Below, in pieces: positions 30,392 to 41,459 of a stretch of DNA of 42,048 nucleotides. Every line of letters begins with the position of its first letter. The first letter of the stretch is position 1. The translations under genes were made by a program, and so were the position numbers. The stretch is taken from positions 1-42,048 of the forward strand of contig MRSU01010355.1 of the NCBI GenBank assembly GCA_008369845.1. The letters run 5' to 3'. A model generated the notes under the pieces. It saw only the letters and a list, made by a program, of their open reading frames with translations, searched no databases and was not told where the DNA came from. The stretch comes from Trichomonas gallinae (taxonomy: Eukaryota).

Positions 30392-31769
30392 TTTTTTTTG
30401 TTGTCAATTTGTTTTAAAAAATTGTGTCTAAAATATGATCATATAGGTTTTATATAATATATGATTTAATTTTGAACCAAAAAGTGACAGCTTAATTCTC
30501 ACAAATAAAAACGATAAATCAGAAAAATCTATCGCCACAACATTCTCAATTATAACAAGATATGCAAAAATACAAAAAATTTTAATAGATTTTAAGGGGT
30601 TATAAAAAATAATCAGGGAGATTCAATTATTATTATTATAAAATATGTTCTATTAATCATTATAGAATCGTTATATATTTAGGGAATATTTGTAAACATT
30701 TCAATTTTGTATTACAGGTATTTATGCTACAAAAAAGCTTTAACACTCTAATACTCAAGCAACAAACACATTACCATGTATCAATACTATATCTTTCATC
30801 AGAAAATTCCGATTAGGATAAATTCCAAATCCCCACTTTTAATATCCGAAAGTGTCACTTTTTAACAAGTGTCATTTTTTCTCAATTGAAGTTACTGACG
30901 ACTATTTTCCGATATTTCCCCAAAATTCACAGACTAATAATAGAAATATACTATCTGTGAGTCCAAATGTCATCAACTTTTAAATTTTATTAAAAAAACA
31001 TAGAGTTCAAGTGATATTTTGTCTTAGCACTATAGATTCACTGATGACATAAGAGTCACATATTAGAAAACTCAAAATGTTATAAGATATTCACAGATTT
31101 TGAGCACCTAGCATTAGTTTGGCAAATTTTTGACAACCGAGTCGATTTTCAAGTATATTGTCGCTCGGATTATATAGAATTGCATTGACGAAAGACTTCT
31201 ACCAATGTCACTTTTATAGATTCTTAAATCCGAGCTAATAAGGTTAACATTAAAAATATATTTTCAACATTGTAGCCCTAACCTATATGATCTACTTTTT
31301 ATTTGTCAGAACTTGGCATGATGTAAATGTAAATCAGGGAAGCTTTAACCATTAATATGAATTTGTTAACCTTAAATCATACAAATCTCATGCATCATTT
31401 CTCGAAATTATAAAATTGTAATGCAATGCTAGCCTAAGATGTCTTATTCATGTAGGCCTTTAGAAGCTATATCTCAAGTACCGACCGCAAGTATTCTCAG
31501 AAAAAGAGTTCTCCCTTTTTCACTATGGATATTAGAAATCATATCATTGTAATTTACTGGATTTAAAGACAATTTTATGGTAAAATGTTGATGACAATAT
31601 AATTCTTTTAACAATATTCATGATTATGGATATCAAGTGTAAACAACTACAAATTCCAAAAGCTTGATGATATTTTTTTAAAATTTTTTAATATTTCCAA
31701 GGTTGACACATAAAATGATATTATATGTTGTGAATAGGAGTAAAAGATGGGTAATATGTATAACAATAA

Positions 31770-32246
31770 TTACAAAAAATCGAAATTAATTTGATTTTGG
31801 GAAAATGGTTCGAATTCTAACTCCAAACTATCTAATGACTCAAGAGTATCATATTCATTTGGTAGTTCTAATGTGATTTCATTTAATTTTGATTGCTGCT
31901 GAATTTTTCGGATCGGATTTATATGGAAGTTGTATCTGTTTTTAATAGCATTATCTGACTTTCCTGGGAAATATTGGCGTAATTTTGCCCATGATTTACC
32001 GATTGTATTTACTAATTCACGCAATTTATCATCGTCTTCTTTAGTCCACTGTGTGTTAGCTACTTCTGGCGTTAGATAAGTCCTATATCGTTCTCTGCAT
32101 TGTTTTGGGGTTTTATTTAATATATAGGCAATTCTTTTCCAATTTGGCTTCTTTCCTTTGAACTTTGAAACGCACTGCACCAACAAATTGTCTTCGTCGG
32201 CAGTAAATTTTATGCGTTTTGGAGGTTGCTTTTCCTTTGTATTCAT
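31770..32246 (-). CDS. R2R3 Myb transcription factor
   Basis: FTADEDNLL...WKRIA...KTPKQCRERYRTYL and WTKEDDDKL...WAKL...GKSDNAIKNRY. First ATG at 32246, preceded by AAAAGTGTCA. Confidence 0.95.
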   Translation of the reverse strand: MNTKEKQPPKRIKFTADEDNLLVQCVSKFKGKKPNWKRIAYILNKTPKQCRERYRTYLTPEVANTQWTKEDDDKLRELVNTIGKSWAKLRQYFPGKSDNAIKNRYNFHINPIRKIQQQSKLNEITLELPNEYDTLESLDSLELEFEPFSQNQINFDFL

Positions 32247-32339
32247 ATATTTGACACTTTTAACAAATTCAAGCAAAGCAACGTTCTAGATTTATTTGGC
32301 AATTTTAAGCAAAACTATAATGTTTTGACTGTCAAAAAC

Positions 32340-32790
32340 AGGTTTACAGCCTCTCGAATATCTACTAAATCAGATCTTGAATTCAATTTTTCAATCTACC
32401 TTATTATATGTGTTGCAACGTTCTTTGTTTTTTTTTTTTCCTCTTTTTTACATGTTGAAACAAAATTGTAAGGTTGTAAATGCTTTGACTGCATTGAATG
32501 CTGACAGCCTCTCGAATATCTACTACTACTAATTCATATCTGAAAAAGATGATTCAATTCTTCAATCTATCTGAATATATGATTGCAACGTTTTTTGATT
32601 TTTTTTAATATGAAACAAAACTGTAAGGTTTGATTGGATTGTGTATATAAATCTATTAGTACTCATTGAGTGTTTACATCCTCTCGAATATCATCTAAAT
32701 CAGATCTGGAATTGAATTTTTTTCAATGTATATGATTGCAACGTTGACACCCACAACAATTGCAACGTTTTGATTTTTTTTTTTTTCTTA
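32340..32790. repeat. Three degenerate tandem copies of a ~160-170-bp module
   Basis: CTCTCGAATATC at 32351, 32509 and 32681, each followed by CA(G/T)ATCT, TTCAAT, TTGCAACGTT and a T-tract. Confidence 0.9.
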
Positions 32791-33180
32791 TTTCAAAGAG
32801 AAGGAAGCTGTTATTGTATTTATTGAATATACATCAATTCAATTGTGTTCATTGAATTATTTTTCAGTGAAATCAAATGCATGTATAAGGTATATTTGCA
32901 ACAGCGATTCTATTCATCCATTTATTGATGATATCCATGAATTCACAATCAAAATCGATAAATAGATCATATATTTAATTTCAAAATCGAATTTCCATGA
33001 TTTAATTACAATTAAATTCAATAAATAATTATCTTACTCGATTATGACCAATAATGAATTACCAATGAACCAAATAACCAATAAAATATAAATTTTATTT
33101 TTGAATTTGCAATTAATTCATACATTAGCGATAGATATTACAGCCATTTCTATCCTATTTCTATTTGTTCTGATCCAAGT

Positions 33181-35268
33181 TCAGTGCTTTCGCTTGCAAT
33201 ATTTTTCATCATTATCCGAATAGTAATAATCGCTATAATATTCGTCACTTACTTTACTTTTTATAGATTTTTCTTTTTCATTTTCATATTTCTCTTCTTT
33301 TGCTATTAAATCATTTTCATCATTTTTATTTTCATTATTTGTTTCTTCTATGACTTCTACTTGTTCAATATTACCTTTTTCTATTTCATTGACAGTAACA
33401 TTTTGTTCTTCATTAACATTTTCATTTTCTTGAATTTGATTTTCCTCTTCAACAGGTTTAATATCAATAATTCTTGAATGGCCTTCAAATACAGGTATAG
33501 GTTTTTCTATCCCGACAAAGTTTTCATTAAGTTTGAAATTTAAATTAACTCCCTCGAAAATTTCATCAGCTTCTGATGTTAAAACAGCCAATTGAGACTC
33601 ATAGCAATGGAAAACGCTGTCAATATATGTTTCATATTTAGTTACGTAATCAAAGATATCTTTCCTATAAACCGCATCTTCTATTTTTGCGTGCACAGAC
33701 ATTTTATTAACTCTATCATAAAAATCATTGATTGTTTTCATGTAAACTTCATTCATATTCGAATAATCAGCCAAAAGATTCTCATATTCGCTGTTAATCG
33801 TTAATATTTTATCCATCGCATATTTATTCGCTTGCTGGACTGCTTTTTCTATATCTGCTATATGATTACTTATTTTCTCGAGAGTTGGAAAGTTTTCGTG
33901 AAGTTTTGAAATTCCTTCTTCTATAAATTCAACATTTTCTTGTAAAATAGAATTTGATTTTTGCATTGTATCATTTGACCAAGTTTCGAGAATTTGCTGA
34001 TTAGTTTTGATTATAGTTTCTGTTTTGGATCTAAGTTCTATCATGTTTTGTTTGATATTTTGGTAGTTTTGACTTGTTTCTTTGTTTTCATTATCAATTG
34101 TTTCTTCTAAAACTTTCGTTGATTCTTCTTGGTTTTTCTTTATTTTTGTTACTGTTTCAACAATTTCTTTTGATATATCATTGAATGTAGAAGATGTTAC
34201 ATCAAATGTATCATCTATTTGCAAGTTCATGAATCTGTTATTTTCGTCTAATTCACTGTTCACGTCATTTATTGATGCCTGTATTTGATTGCTTAAATTT
34301 TCCATGTCTTTGTTAAAGATTTTTGGAATTGCGTCAATTGATGATTTAAGTTTAGCTGCAATTTCAACTGTTATATCATTCAGATTTTTGATGTTGGCTC
34401 TTAGTTTTTCAGCAGCTGCAATTTTCTCATTACTTTCTTCTTGCAGAGATTTTGAGAGTTGTACAGATATTGATGTCGTCGAACAATTCATTAAAGACTG
34501 CAAATCATTGAATGCATTCGTTGATTGTACTTTTGCTCTGGAAAAGTCAGCGTTTCTGTCGCCAACATTTTTCGCAATTGGGTCAAAGTTTTGGTCTAAT
34601 TTTAATATTTTTGTTATCGAGTTTGATAAATTGTTTGAGTTTGATTTTCTGCTTGCGTCGAGTTGATTGAATGAAGTTCTCACGAATGTTTGGAAGGCAT
34701 TGAATTCATCTAAAAGATGTTGCGATTGAGTATTTAATATGGTTAAATAATCACGCATAGGAGAATTAATTTTGTCGAAATTTGTAAGCATTTGATCTGC
34801 ATCATCTTCCATACGCTTAATATTCGTCTTATGTGGACGTATATAATATTGTATTTCGATGTTTTTGATATTTGATAATCGATTTTCTAATTCTTGAATA
34901 TCGTGTCTTAAAGCTGGTAATTTTTCATGATCATTCAGATCAAGTTGCATTTTAACTATTTCTAGGCTTGGAGAATTATTTTTTACTATATCAGATATCT
35001 CGTTAATAGTGGAATCGAGTTTAATTTTCGGAATTGTGTATGTTTCTGGTACTATATATCGAGATTTAACTAATGGTGAGCTATTTGATGAATTTGGTTG
35101 AGAATTTTGAGGTGTTGGAGATTGAATTATGGGTGTTTTTGGTTCTTCTTGCCTAACAACTGGTATTTTCAGTCCAAATCTGGTTCTTTTAAAATTCTGT
35201 GGGGTTATTTCTGTCCTTCCAAACATGTCAGTAGAATCAGTCCCAAAGGGACTGATCAACAACGACAT
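33181..35268 (-). CDS. Long coiled-coil protein with Pro/Ser head and acidic tail
   Basis: First ATG at 35268 (MSLLISPFG); the track start at 35301 is GTG. About 450 aa of heptad-like helix. Confidence 0.85.
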   Translation of the reverse strand: MSLLISPFGTDSTDMFGRTEITPQNFKRTRFGLKIPVVRQEEPKTPIIQSPTPQNSQPNSSNSSPLVKSRYIVPETYTIPKIKLDSTINEISDIVKNNSPSLEIVKMQLDLNDHEKLPALRHDIQELENRLSNIKNIEIQYYIRPHKTNIKRMEDDADQMLTNFDKINSPMRDYLTILNTQSQHLLDEFNAFQTFVRTSFNQLDASRKSNSNNLSNSITKILKLDQNFDPIAKNVGDRNADFSRAKVQSTNAFNDLQSLMNCSTTSISVQLSKSLQEESNEKIAAAEKLRANIKNLNDITVEIAAKLKSSIDAIPKIFNKDMENLSNQIQASINDVNSELDENNRFMNLQIDDTFDVTSSTFNDISKEIVETVTKIKKNQEESTKVLEETIDNENKETSQNYQNIKQNMIELRSKTETIIKTNQQILETWSNDTMQKSNSILQENVEFIEEGISKLHENFPTLEKISNHIADIEKAVQQANKYAMDKILTINSEYENLLADYSNMNEVYMKTINDFYDRVNKMSVHAKIEDAVYRKDIFDYVTKYETYIDSVFHCYESQLAVLTSEADEIFEGVNLNFKLNENFVGIEKPIPVFEGHSRIIDIKPVEEENQIQENENVNEEQNVTVNEIEKGNIEQVEVIEETNNENKNDENDLIAKEEKYENEKEKSIKSKVSDEYYSDYYYSDNDEKYCKRKH

Positions 35269-35867
35269 ATAACAAGTTAAATAAATACATAGCACACACA
35301 CATGACAGTTAAGACATATCTAATCGATTTTGGTTAAAAATTTCCAAAATATTTTATTCAAAAAAATTAAATTAGAATTATTACCTATTATCACATTGAT
35401 ATCTGATTTAATACTTTCAAAAATATCTAAAACATTCGTGTTAAGTACAATACAATTGATAATATTTCGAAATTATTGAATATCATGTAATAATTATTAA
35501 TATATGAATTTCTTCCAATATTGATATAAGATTGATTTTATCAGTACAATTAACTTATAACACTACAATATTAAGAAAATTATATAATTAGTTTGCTTTA
35601 AAACTAAGATTTATTCATTTACATTCTTGTATTACATCAATATAATGCTATACATAAATAATATACATTCTATTAAGCAATAATCAAATATATAACAAGA
35701 AATAATAATCAAATTTCATTATAAAATAGATAATATTATATATAATACTAATGAATATGGCATAAAACAATGAATAATGATATTTTGCTGGTCAATACTA
35801 GATAAACATATACATATGATGAAAGAAAATAAAAAACGAATATTTATTGTCAGTTTTATAATAAAAA

Positions 35868-37319
35868 ATGTCAAGGAAAGTCGAACTTTACAGAAGAGAA
35901 GGCAACGAGAATTTCACTAACGGAAAATACTTCGCCGCATACGACTCCTACAAGAAAGCAATCGATGAGTGCCCGCAAACAGACAAAACCACACTTTCTG
36001 TAATTTATGCCTGTATTTCAGGAACAGCTTTGTTACTTGAGCGTAACTCTGAGGCTATTGATACAGCAACTAAAGCTATTGAGCTTGATCCAACGAATGC
36101 AAGGGCTTTCTTCAGAAGAGGCAACGCTTTTGCAACAAATTTGGCCTGGGAAGATGCTTACCAAGATTACTTACAAGCATCGAAGTTAACACCAGGTACA
36201 CAGTACTTTAAAGACAGAGTTGACTTCGTTAAGCGTAAACTTGATTCGCCACTTGATTTAATTTCAAACGCAGGCAAAACACAGATACCTAAACAAGAAG
36301 ACCTTCCACAACAAACACTAAGTCCACAGTTAAAACCAGATGTTACGCTTACACAAACAACAATAATCAAGAATACATCTGAATTTACGCCAGAATCGAT
36401 AAAATCTATGATGAAAGACATGCTTAACGACAAGAGGCCATCAGAACAACAGATATTATCGATGATTCGTCGTGTTAAAGAAATGCATTCTTCTCTTCCA
36501 AACGTTGTGAAGTTAAACGTACCAAAAATACATGTTGTTGGTGATACACATGGCCAATTACAGGATGTTATCAACATTTTCGAGTCCCATGGATATCCAA
36601 GTTCAGAAAATCCTTATTTATTCAACGGAGACTTCGTTGATAGAGGCTCTCAGGGTTCTGAGATCGTTATTTCACTCATGGCTTGGAAATTATACGACAA
36701 TAACTCGATTTTCTTGAATCGTGGAAATCACGAAACAGATGCAATGAACCAACTCTACGGATTCTACAACGAATGCGATTCTAAGTATTCGAAATCCATG
36801 TTCTCAGAGTTTTCGAAGCTTTTCTGCGCACTTCCAATTGCTCATATTATCAATTCCAAAGTTATTGTTTTGCACGGCGGTTTACCAAGCAAAAAACAGA
36901 TCGATATTGCAGGAATCAACAGAGAAAACAGAAATTGCCAGCCAGGAGACAATTCTGCAATCGCTGAAATTCTTTGGGCTGATCCTATGGAAAGCCGGGG
37001 CCTTGCTCCTTCACCACGTGGTGTTGCACGCCAATTTGGGCCAGATATCACTGAACAATTCTTGCGTCAAAATAATCTCGATTTGTTAATTAGATCTCAC
37101 CAAGTCCAAGAGAACGGATATTCAGTCCAACAAAATGGAAAATGCATCACTGTATTCTCAGCTCCTAACTATGTCGGTCATATGGGCAACAAAGGCGCAA
37201 TTGTTGACTTAACATTCAATCCTGATGGATCTTTCAAGCGAGAATTCAAGACATTTGCAGCCAAGCCAATACCAGACAAGTTCAAGCCGATGAAATACGC
37301 TGCATTCTCATTCTATTAA
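35868..37319 (+). CDS. PP5: Protein phosphatase 5 (TPR repeats plus PPP catalytic domain)
   Basis: Three TPRs, then GDTHGQ, FNGDFVDRGS, RGNHE, TVFSAPNY and the PP5-type C-terminal KPMKYA. Confidence 0.95.
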   Translation: MSRKVELYRREGNENFTNGKYFAAYDSYKKAIDECPQTDKTTLSVIYACISGTALLLERNSEAIDTATKAIELDPTNARAFFRRGNAFATNLAWEDAYQDYLQASKLTPGTQYFKDRVDFVKRKLDSPLDLISNAGKTQIPKQEDLPQQTLSPQLKPDVTLTQTTIIKNTSEFTPESIKSMMKDMLNDKRPSEQQILSMIRRVKEMHSSLPNVVKLNVPKIHVVGDTHGQLQDVINIFESHGYPSSENPYLFNGDFVDRGSQGSEIVISLMAWKLYDNNSIFLNRGNHETDAMNQLYGFYNECDSKYSKSMFSEFSKLFCALPIAHIINSKVIVLHGGLPSKKQIDIAGINRENRNCQPGDNSAIAEILWADPMESRGLAPSPRGVARQFGPDITEQFLRQNNLDLLIRSHQVQENGYSVQQNGKCITVFSAPNYVGHMGNKGAIVDLTFNPDGSFKREFKTFAAKPIPDKFKPMKYAAFSFY

Positions 37320-37419
37320 ATTATCTTTTGTTTTTTAAAATAAATATGCATGTTAACACATTTTTCTATATATATAAGACATGACTGCTGTGTTAGAACT
37401 TGGATATGAACCTATACGA

Positions 37420-37900
37420 TTTTTAATCAATTTTTGTCTGTATCATATCGACTAGAATCAGCATCAAAAGGAACAGCAAAAGTTGATATCCTTAATTACA
37501 GAGTCTACACTTTTCAATATCCATGTACGTCGAAATCTGCTCGCCTTTTATTGTCCATCTTAGTCCTGGAATGTATATCATTAGTACATATGGTGCACAA
37601 GGTAGAAGATATTATAATGGCAATGGATAACTTGATGACTTCGCATTAGGAACTCTTAATCTTTCAAAAAATACCAGGACTTATGTCTATGTCAGCGGAC
37701 AAGGAACGGCCAAAAAATTTAGTGGTGCACAAGCTGATTGATACAATGGTGGAGGAAATAAACAGTATAAGCCAGAAGAAAAAGATTTTTAGGGAGCTGA
37801 GGCTAGGGAAGCATCAGATGTGCGAATTCTTGGTCAATCTTTCAACCATCGAGTTATTGCTGCTAGTAGGGGAAGTATCTGGAAAGGAGATGGGAAAATT
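37420..37900 (+). pseudogene. Pseudogene of the glycine-rich-domain (ALK/LTK-GRD-like) trichomonad family
   Basis: Stitching frames gives FQYPC / VHLSPGMYIISTYGAQG / GTLNLSKNTRTYVYVSGQG...*YNGGG / ASDVRILGQSFNHRVIAA, the family motif order with frameshifts and stops. Confidence 0.75.
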
Positions 37901-38455
37901 AATTTTGAGATTATTCAAAATTTCATCCCAACAAATTATCTTGCAAAATACTAAATATCGCTAATTTAAGAATCATAAATGATCTAACTGTGCTTTTCTA
38001 TATATCAGATCAATGATATTTTTTTGTAAAAATATACATTTTGAATTAGAATTCTAAATAGTTCCATTCACATATTATATATATAAGTCCTAATTAACAT
38101 TAAATATAAGGTTACAAGCATCAAAACTATTATATATAAAAGTCCTATTTAACAAATATAAATATAAATATAAATATGGATACATGCTTGAAACTTGTTT
38201 AATCAAATATAATGATCAAAGCATTGGTTAATATATAGATTTAATGTATCTTGAAACCATTTGGAACTCTACAAGGAGGATCTTATATAGGAAAAAAGTG
38301 AAATCCGATTTTTGTCACTTTTAAAATTTCGTTAATAAAAAAATCAAAAAATTTAATAAAAATAGAATTAACAATACACATACATCTAATATTTATGCTC
38401 AAAATCAAAAAATCAGCATATAACAGATTTTATCGTTACATAAAAGTGACATTTC

Positions 38456-39241
38456 ATGTACAGCGAAAATGATCCATATGCTGACATTAAAGACAAATTC
38501 TATCAGCAACATTTATACGCAATCAACCACATGAAGCCAACAATCGAAACAGCTCAGCCAATTCCTGCTGCTCTGCGTCATTCGAAAGCTGAAATGAATA
38601 GAAAATTCCGCCAAGAAGAAATTGATAAGCGAAATTATCAACACCAACAGCGTTTACTTAGTATCATGAATGAAAACAGATATGTTTTCGATAAAAATAT
38701 CAACATTTCACCAAGATCTATGGCTGCTCGCAAATATAGAATAGAAATGATCAACAAAGAGAATGAGATGCTCATGCAAAACATACAACATCAGCGTGCT
38801 ATTCTCAATCGCGAAGATTGGGCAAAACATCAAGAAGATCACAACCGTATTCACTATTTACGATCAATTCATAAGCGTAATTTGATTGAAAACAACAAAC
38901 CACAGATTAAATCACCGAGAAGAAAGCCATCAACAAACAAATCATACAATATCGTTTTACCTCCTCTCAAGCCAGTAGCAGCATCAGAACCATCATCTGC
39001 ACGATATTACAATCCGATGGAACCGATTCTCAAACCATTACATGAAGAAATTTCAACAATCATTTTACCGGAACAACAAACAACGAATCATAGTATTGAG
39101 CAACATGTAGAAACATCCTTTGAAGAACATGTTGTTCATGAACCTTTAAATTACGGCTTACATGATAAAATAATGAATAATATCGATCTAGAAAACCATG
39201 AAAATTATGAAATCCATGAGCCTCTTCCAAGAGAAGAGTGA
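38456..39241 (+). CDS. CFAP97/Hemingway-domain-like flagellar protein
   Basis: H...I..MKPTI...P, RQEEIDKRN...RLLSI, RK.....INKENEMLMQNI and W motifs match the CFAP97 domain pattern as I recall it. Confidence 0.7.
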   Translation: MYSENDPYADIKDKFYQQHLYAINHMKPTIETAQPIPAALRHSKAEMNRKFRQEEIDKRNYQHQQRLLSIMNENRYVFDKNINISPRSMAARKYRIEMINKENEMLMQNIQHQRAILNREDWAKHQEDHNRIHYLRSIHKRNLIENNKPQIKSPRRKPSTNKSYNIVLPPLKPVAASEPSSARYYNPMEPILKPLHEEISTIILPEQQTTNHSIEQHVETSFEEHVVHEPLNYGLHDKIMNNIDLENHENYEIHEPLPREE

Positions 39242-39556
39242 AACTTTATTAATATTTGTTCTCCATTAAACTGTTTGATTTTTGAATTTTATTTCGATAT
39301 CTTAATAAGACTAAGATATCGAAAATAATAAAATGTTTAACATAATCTAAAATATATTCTATCAATTGTTCTGATATAACAGAATTTTTGAAATGTATCA
39401 TTTTTTTATTTCCCATTGATATGTGATACACTTGATTAAATGCCTACATTATGTGTTACTGCTAAAATGTTATTATTATTCTTGTGGTTGCATTTTTTTA
39501 TGACCATTTGATGAAGCATACATTAAAGCTGTTTTGTCACAAATTGTGTATATCAA

Positions 39557-40387
39557 CTAGTATAGAATTATTATTGGAAATAGATACTGGTAGCTAAAAG
39601 ATGGTTGATATAGCTTGGCAATACATGTGATAATCTTAGGAAAATATAAATTAAATGAAATTGTTATAACGTTAAAATCATTTTTTGTTTCCAAAGAAGT
39701 AGTAATATTTGGAATCTCAAGGTTCACATCGGAATATGAATTTGTGAATTGATACTTTGTAGGTATACCACTAAATATTTTTGAAAATTTATTTTTGATG
39801 AGAATAATTTTGTCAAGTTGATGCGAATACTCACCAAATTTGAAAAGACTCGTAACAGAATTATTAATAAAATTCAATCTTCTGCATATCCCAGTTACAT
39901 TAGTAAAGCTGGATAAATAAAGAGAAACTTGTGCATTATATTGCGATTCTAAATTACATTCTTCAATACAATAATACTCTGGGAAACTTCCTGGATGTAT
40001 CATGGGCATCGTCACTTTAGAAAAGTTCGTACTTTTAGAATAGCAATAATAGTAGTTGAGATTCAAATAATTGGCGTTGGAAGAAACAACAGATGACATA
40101 TTATAATATTGCGTATAATTTATATTTCTATCAGAATAAATAGCTAATAAAAAGTTAGGAGTTGTACAATTATAAAAAAGTATTTTGGAAATAGAGGCTG
40201 ATATTCCATAATATCCTATTACAGATGATCGGTCATATATCTCATTGTATTTAGTATATGATCGGCATCTTGAGAAAAAACAAGAATCAATTGATAAATT
40301 TTGTCTAAACACAATAATTGCCGAATCATTTAAATCAAAAAATGTCGAATCAAAGATTTGAGGTAATTTGTCTACAAAAAGTATCAT
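39557..40387 (-). CDS. Hypothetical Asn/Ser/Cys-rich, probably beta-helical surface or secreted protein
   Basis: ATG ORF with recurring I..CFF..C / NFINN / F.NSY patterns and a hydrophobic C-terminus. AAAGTGAC upstream on the coding strand. Confidence 0.7.
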   Translation of the reverse strand: MILFVDKLPQIFDSTFFDLNDSAIIVFRQNLSIDSCFFSRCRSYTKYNEIYDRSSVIGYYGISASISKILFYNCTTPNFLLAIYSDRNINYTQYYNMSSVVSSNANYLNLNYYYCYSKSTNFSKVTMPMIHPGSFPEYYCIEECNLESQYNAQVSLYLSSFTNVTGICRRLNFINNSVTSLFKFGEYSHQLDKIILIKNKFSKIFSGIPTKYQFTNSYSDVNLEIPNITTSLETKNDFNVITISFNLYFPKIITCIAKLYQPSFSYQYLFPIIILY

Positions 40388-40610
40388 AAAGCTTTTCCAT
40401 TAACATAATTGTGAGACAACATGTATAAATGTCACTTTTACTATTAACCTTATTCAAATTTGTAAATTTTTGTTAATTTCAATAAATTACAATAGTAGGA
40501 CTGATGTTGACTGTATCTTCAGAAAATTTACAATGATATTTTTTTTGTTATTTTTAGATTTGCATAGATTAATGAACAAAATTTAAGTGACATAAACCAC
40601 CTTTCAATTC

Positions 40611-40636
40611 AAAAAAAAAAAAAAAAAAAAAAAAAA
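40611..40636. repeat. Poly(A) tract of 26 nt
   Basis: Uninterrupted A run flanked by CAATT on both sides, in a divergent intergenic region. Confidence 0.9.
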
Positions 40637-40865
40637 CAATTATACAATTTTTTTTTACTCACAAAATCGATCAAAGATTTACAGCATAAATATTGTTCCA
40701 ATAACTATTTTCAGCAGCGATGCAAAAGACGGATTCTAGCGGATCCTCTCAATTCAATTTTTTCAGTGATTCTTGTTGTATTATATTTTCTAATCATTTT
40801 AAAATAAATTTCAGTTTTCAAAAAAGTGACGATTTTTTGTGGTAGTGAATTCATTGAAGAAAAAA

Positions 40866-41459
40866 ATGCTTCCCCGACGAATGGGTCCACCATTCAGGGT
40901 TGTAACCATTGGTGACCCAAGCGTTGGGAAGACTTCGATCACATCGTACTTGTTCGAGAGAAAATTCACGCCCAATCAGGCTAGTACTGTTGGCGCGTAT
41001 TATCAGAGCTACACAATCTACGAGGATAATGAAAACATCGAATTGCAGATATGGGATACTGCAGGACAAGAGAGGTTCAAGTCTCTTGGGCCAGTCTATT
41101 TCAGAAACGCTGCTGCAGCAATTGTTGTTTTTTCTCTTATAAATAAGAACTCATTCATGAAGCTGGATCAATGGATATCAAGTTTTAAAGAAGTTGCTGA
41201 CCCTTATGCTGTTGTTTACGTTGCAGCTAATAAAGCTGATTTGGTAGATAACTTCGAAATCTCTGTTGTACAGGCTGAGGAGTGGGCTATTGAAAGAGGT
41301 ATCAAATACTATATTACTTCAGCAAAAACAGGACAAAATATAGTTAAATTATTTGCAGATCTTGCTGTCGAAATAATGCACAGCGTTACACACTTTACAA
41401 TGATTCCAAATATCAAAATCGATCAATCGATAGATCAAGATAATGATGCTTGCTGTTGA
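40866..41459 (+). CDS. Divergent Rab GTPase
   Basis: GDPSVGKT, WDTAGQERFKSL, ANKAD, TSAKTG and terminal CC. First ATG at 40866, Inr-like TCATT at 40851, AAAGTGAC at about 40823. Confidence 0.92.
   Translation: MLPRRMGPPFRVVTIGDPSVGKTSITSYLFERKFTPNQASTVGAYYQSYTIYEDNENIELQIWDTAGQERFKSLGPVYFRNAAAAIVVFSLINKNSFMKLDQWISSFKEVADPYAVVYVAANKADLVDNFEISVVQAEEWAIERGIKYYITSAKTGQNIVKLFADLAVEIMHSVTHFTMIPNIKIDQSIDQDNDACC

Noticed and set aside
31041..31105. Possible C/D box snoRNA (TGATGA at about 31042)
   Set aside because: No CTGA D box at a suitable distance and no terminal stem.
32049..32060. GCTAACACACAG on the minus strand, matching the trichomonad intron branch/3' splice motif
   Set aside because: It encodes ANTQ in the Myb R2-R3 linker at normal spacing. 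I saw no upstream GTAYGT-type donor, and splicing would break R2. RNA-seq junction reads would overturn this.
38078..38165. Imperfect repeat TATA(A)AAGTCCTA.TTAACA
   Set aside because: Short and nearly all A/T; consistent with local slippage.
4009..41459. Apparent cluster of signalling and trafficking genes (RapGAP, PX, two Rabs, two phosphatases)
   Set aside because: These families are hugely expanded in trichomonads, so co-occurrence is expected. Strands are mixed and nothing indicates co-regulation.
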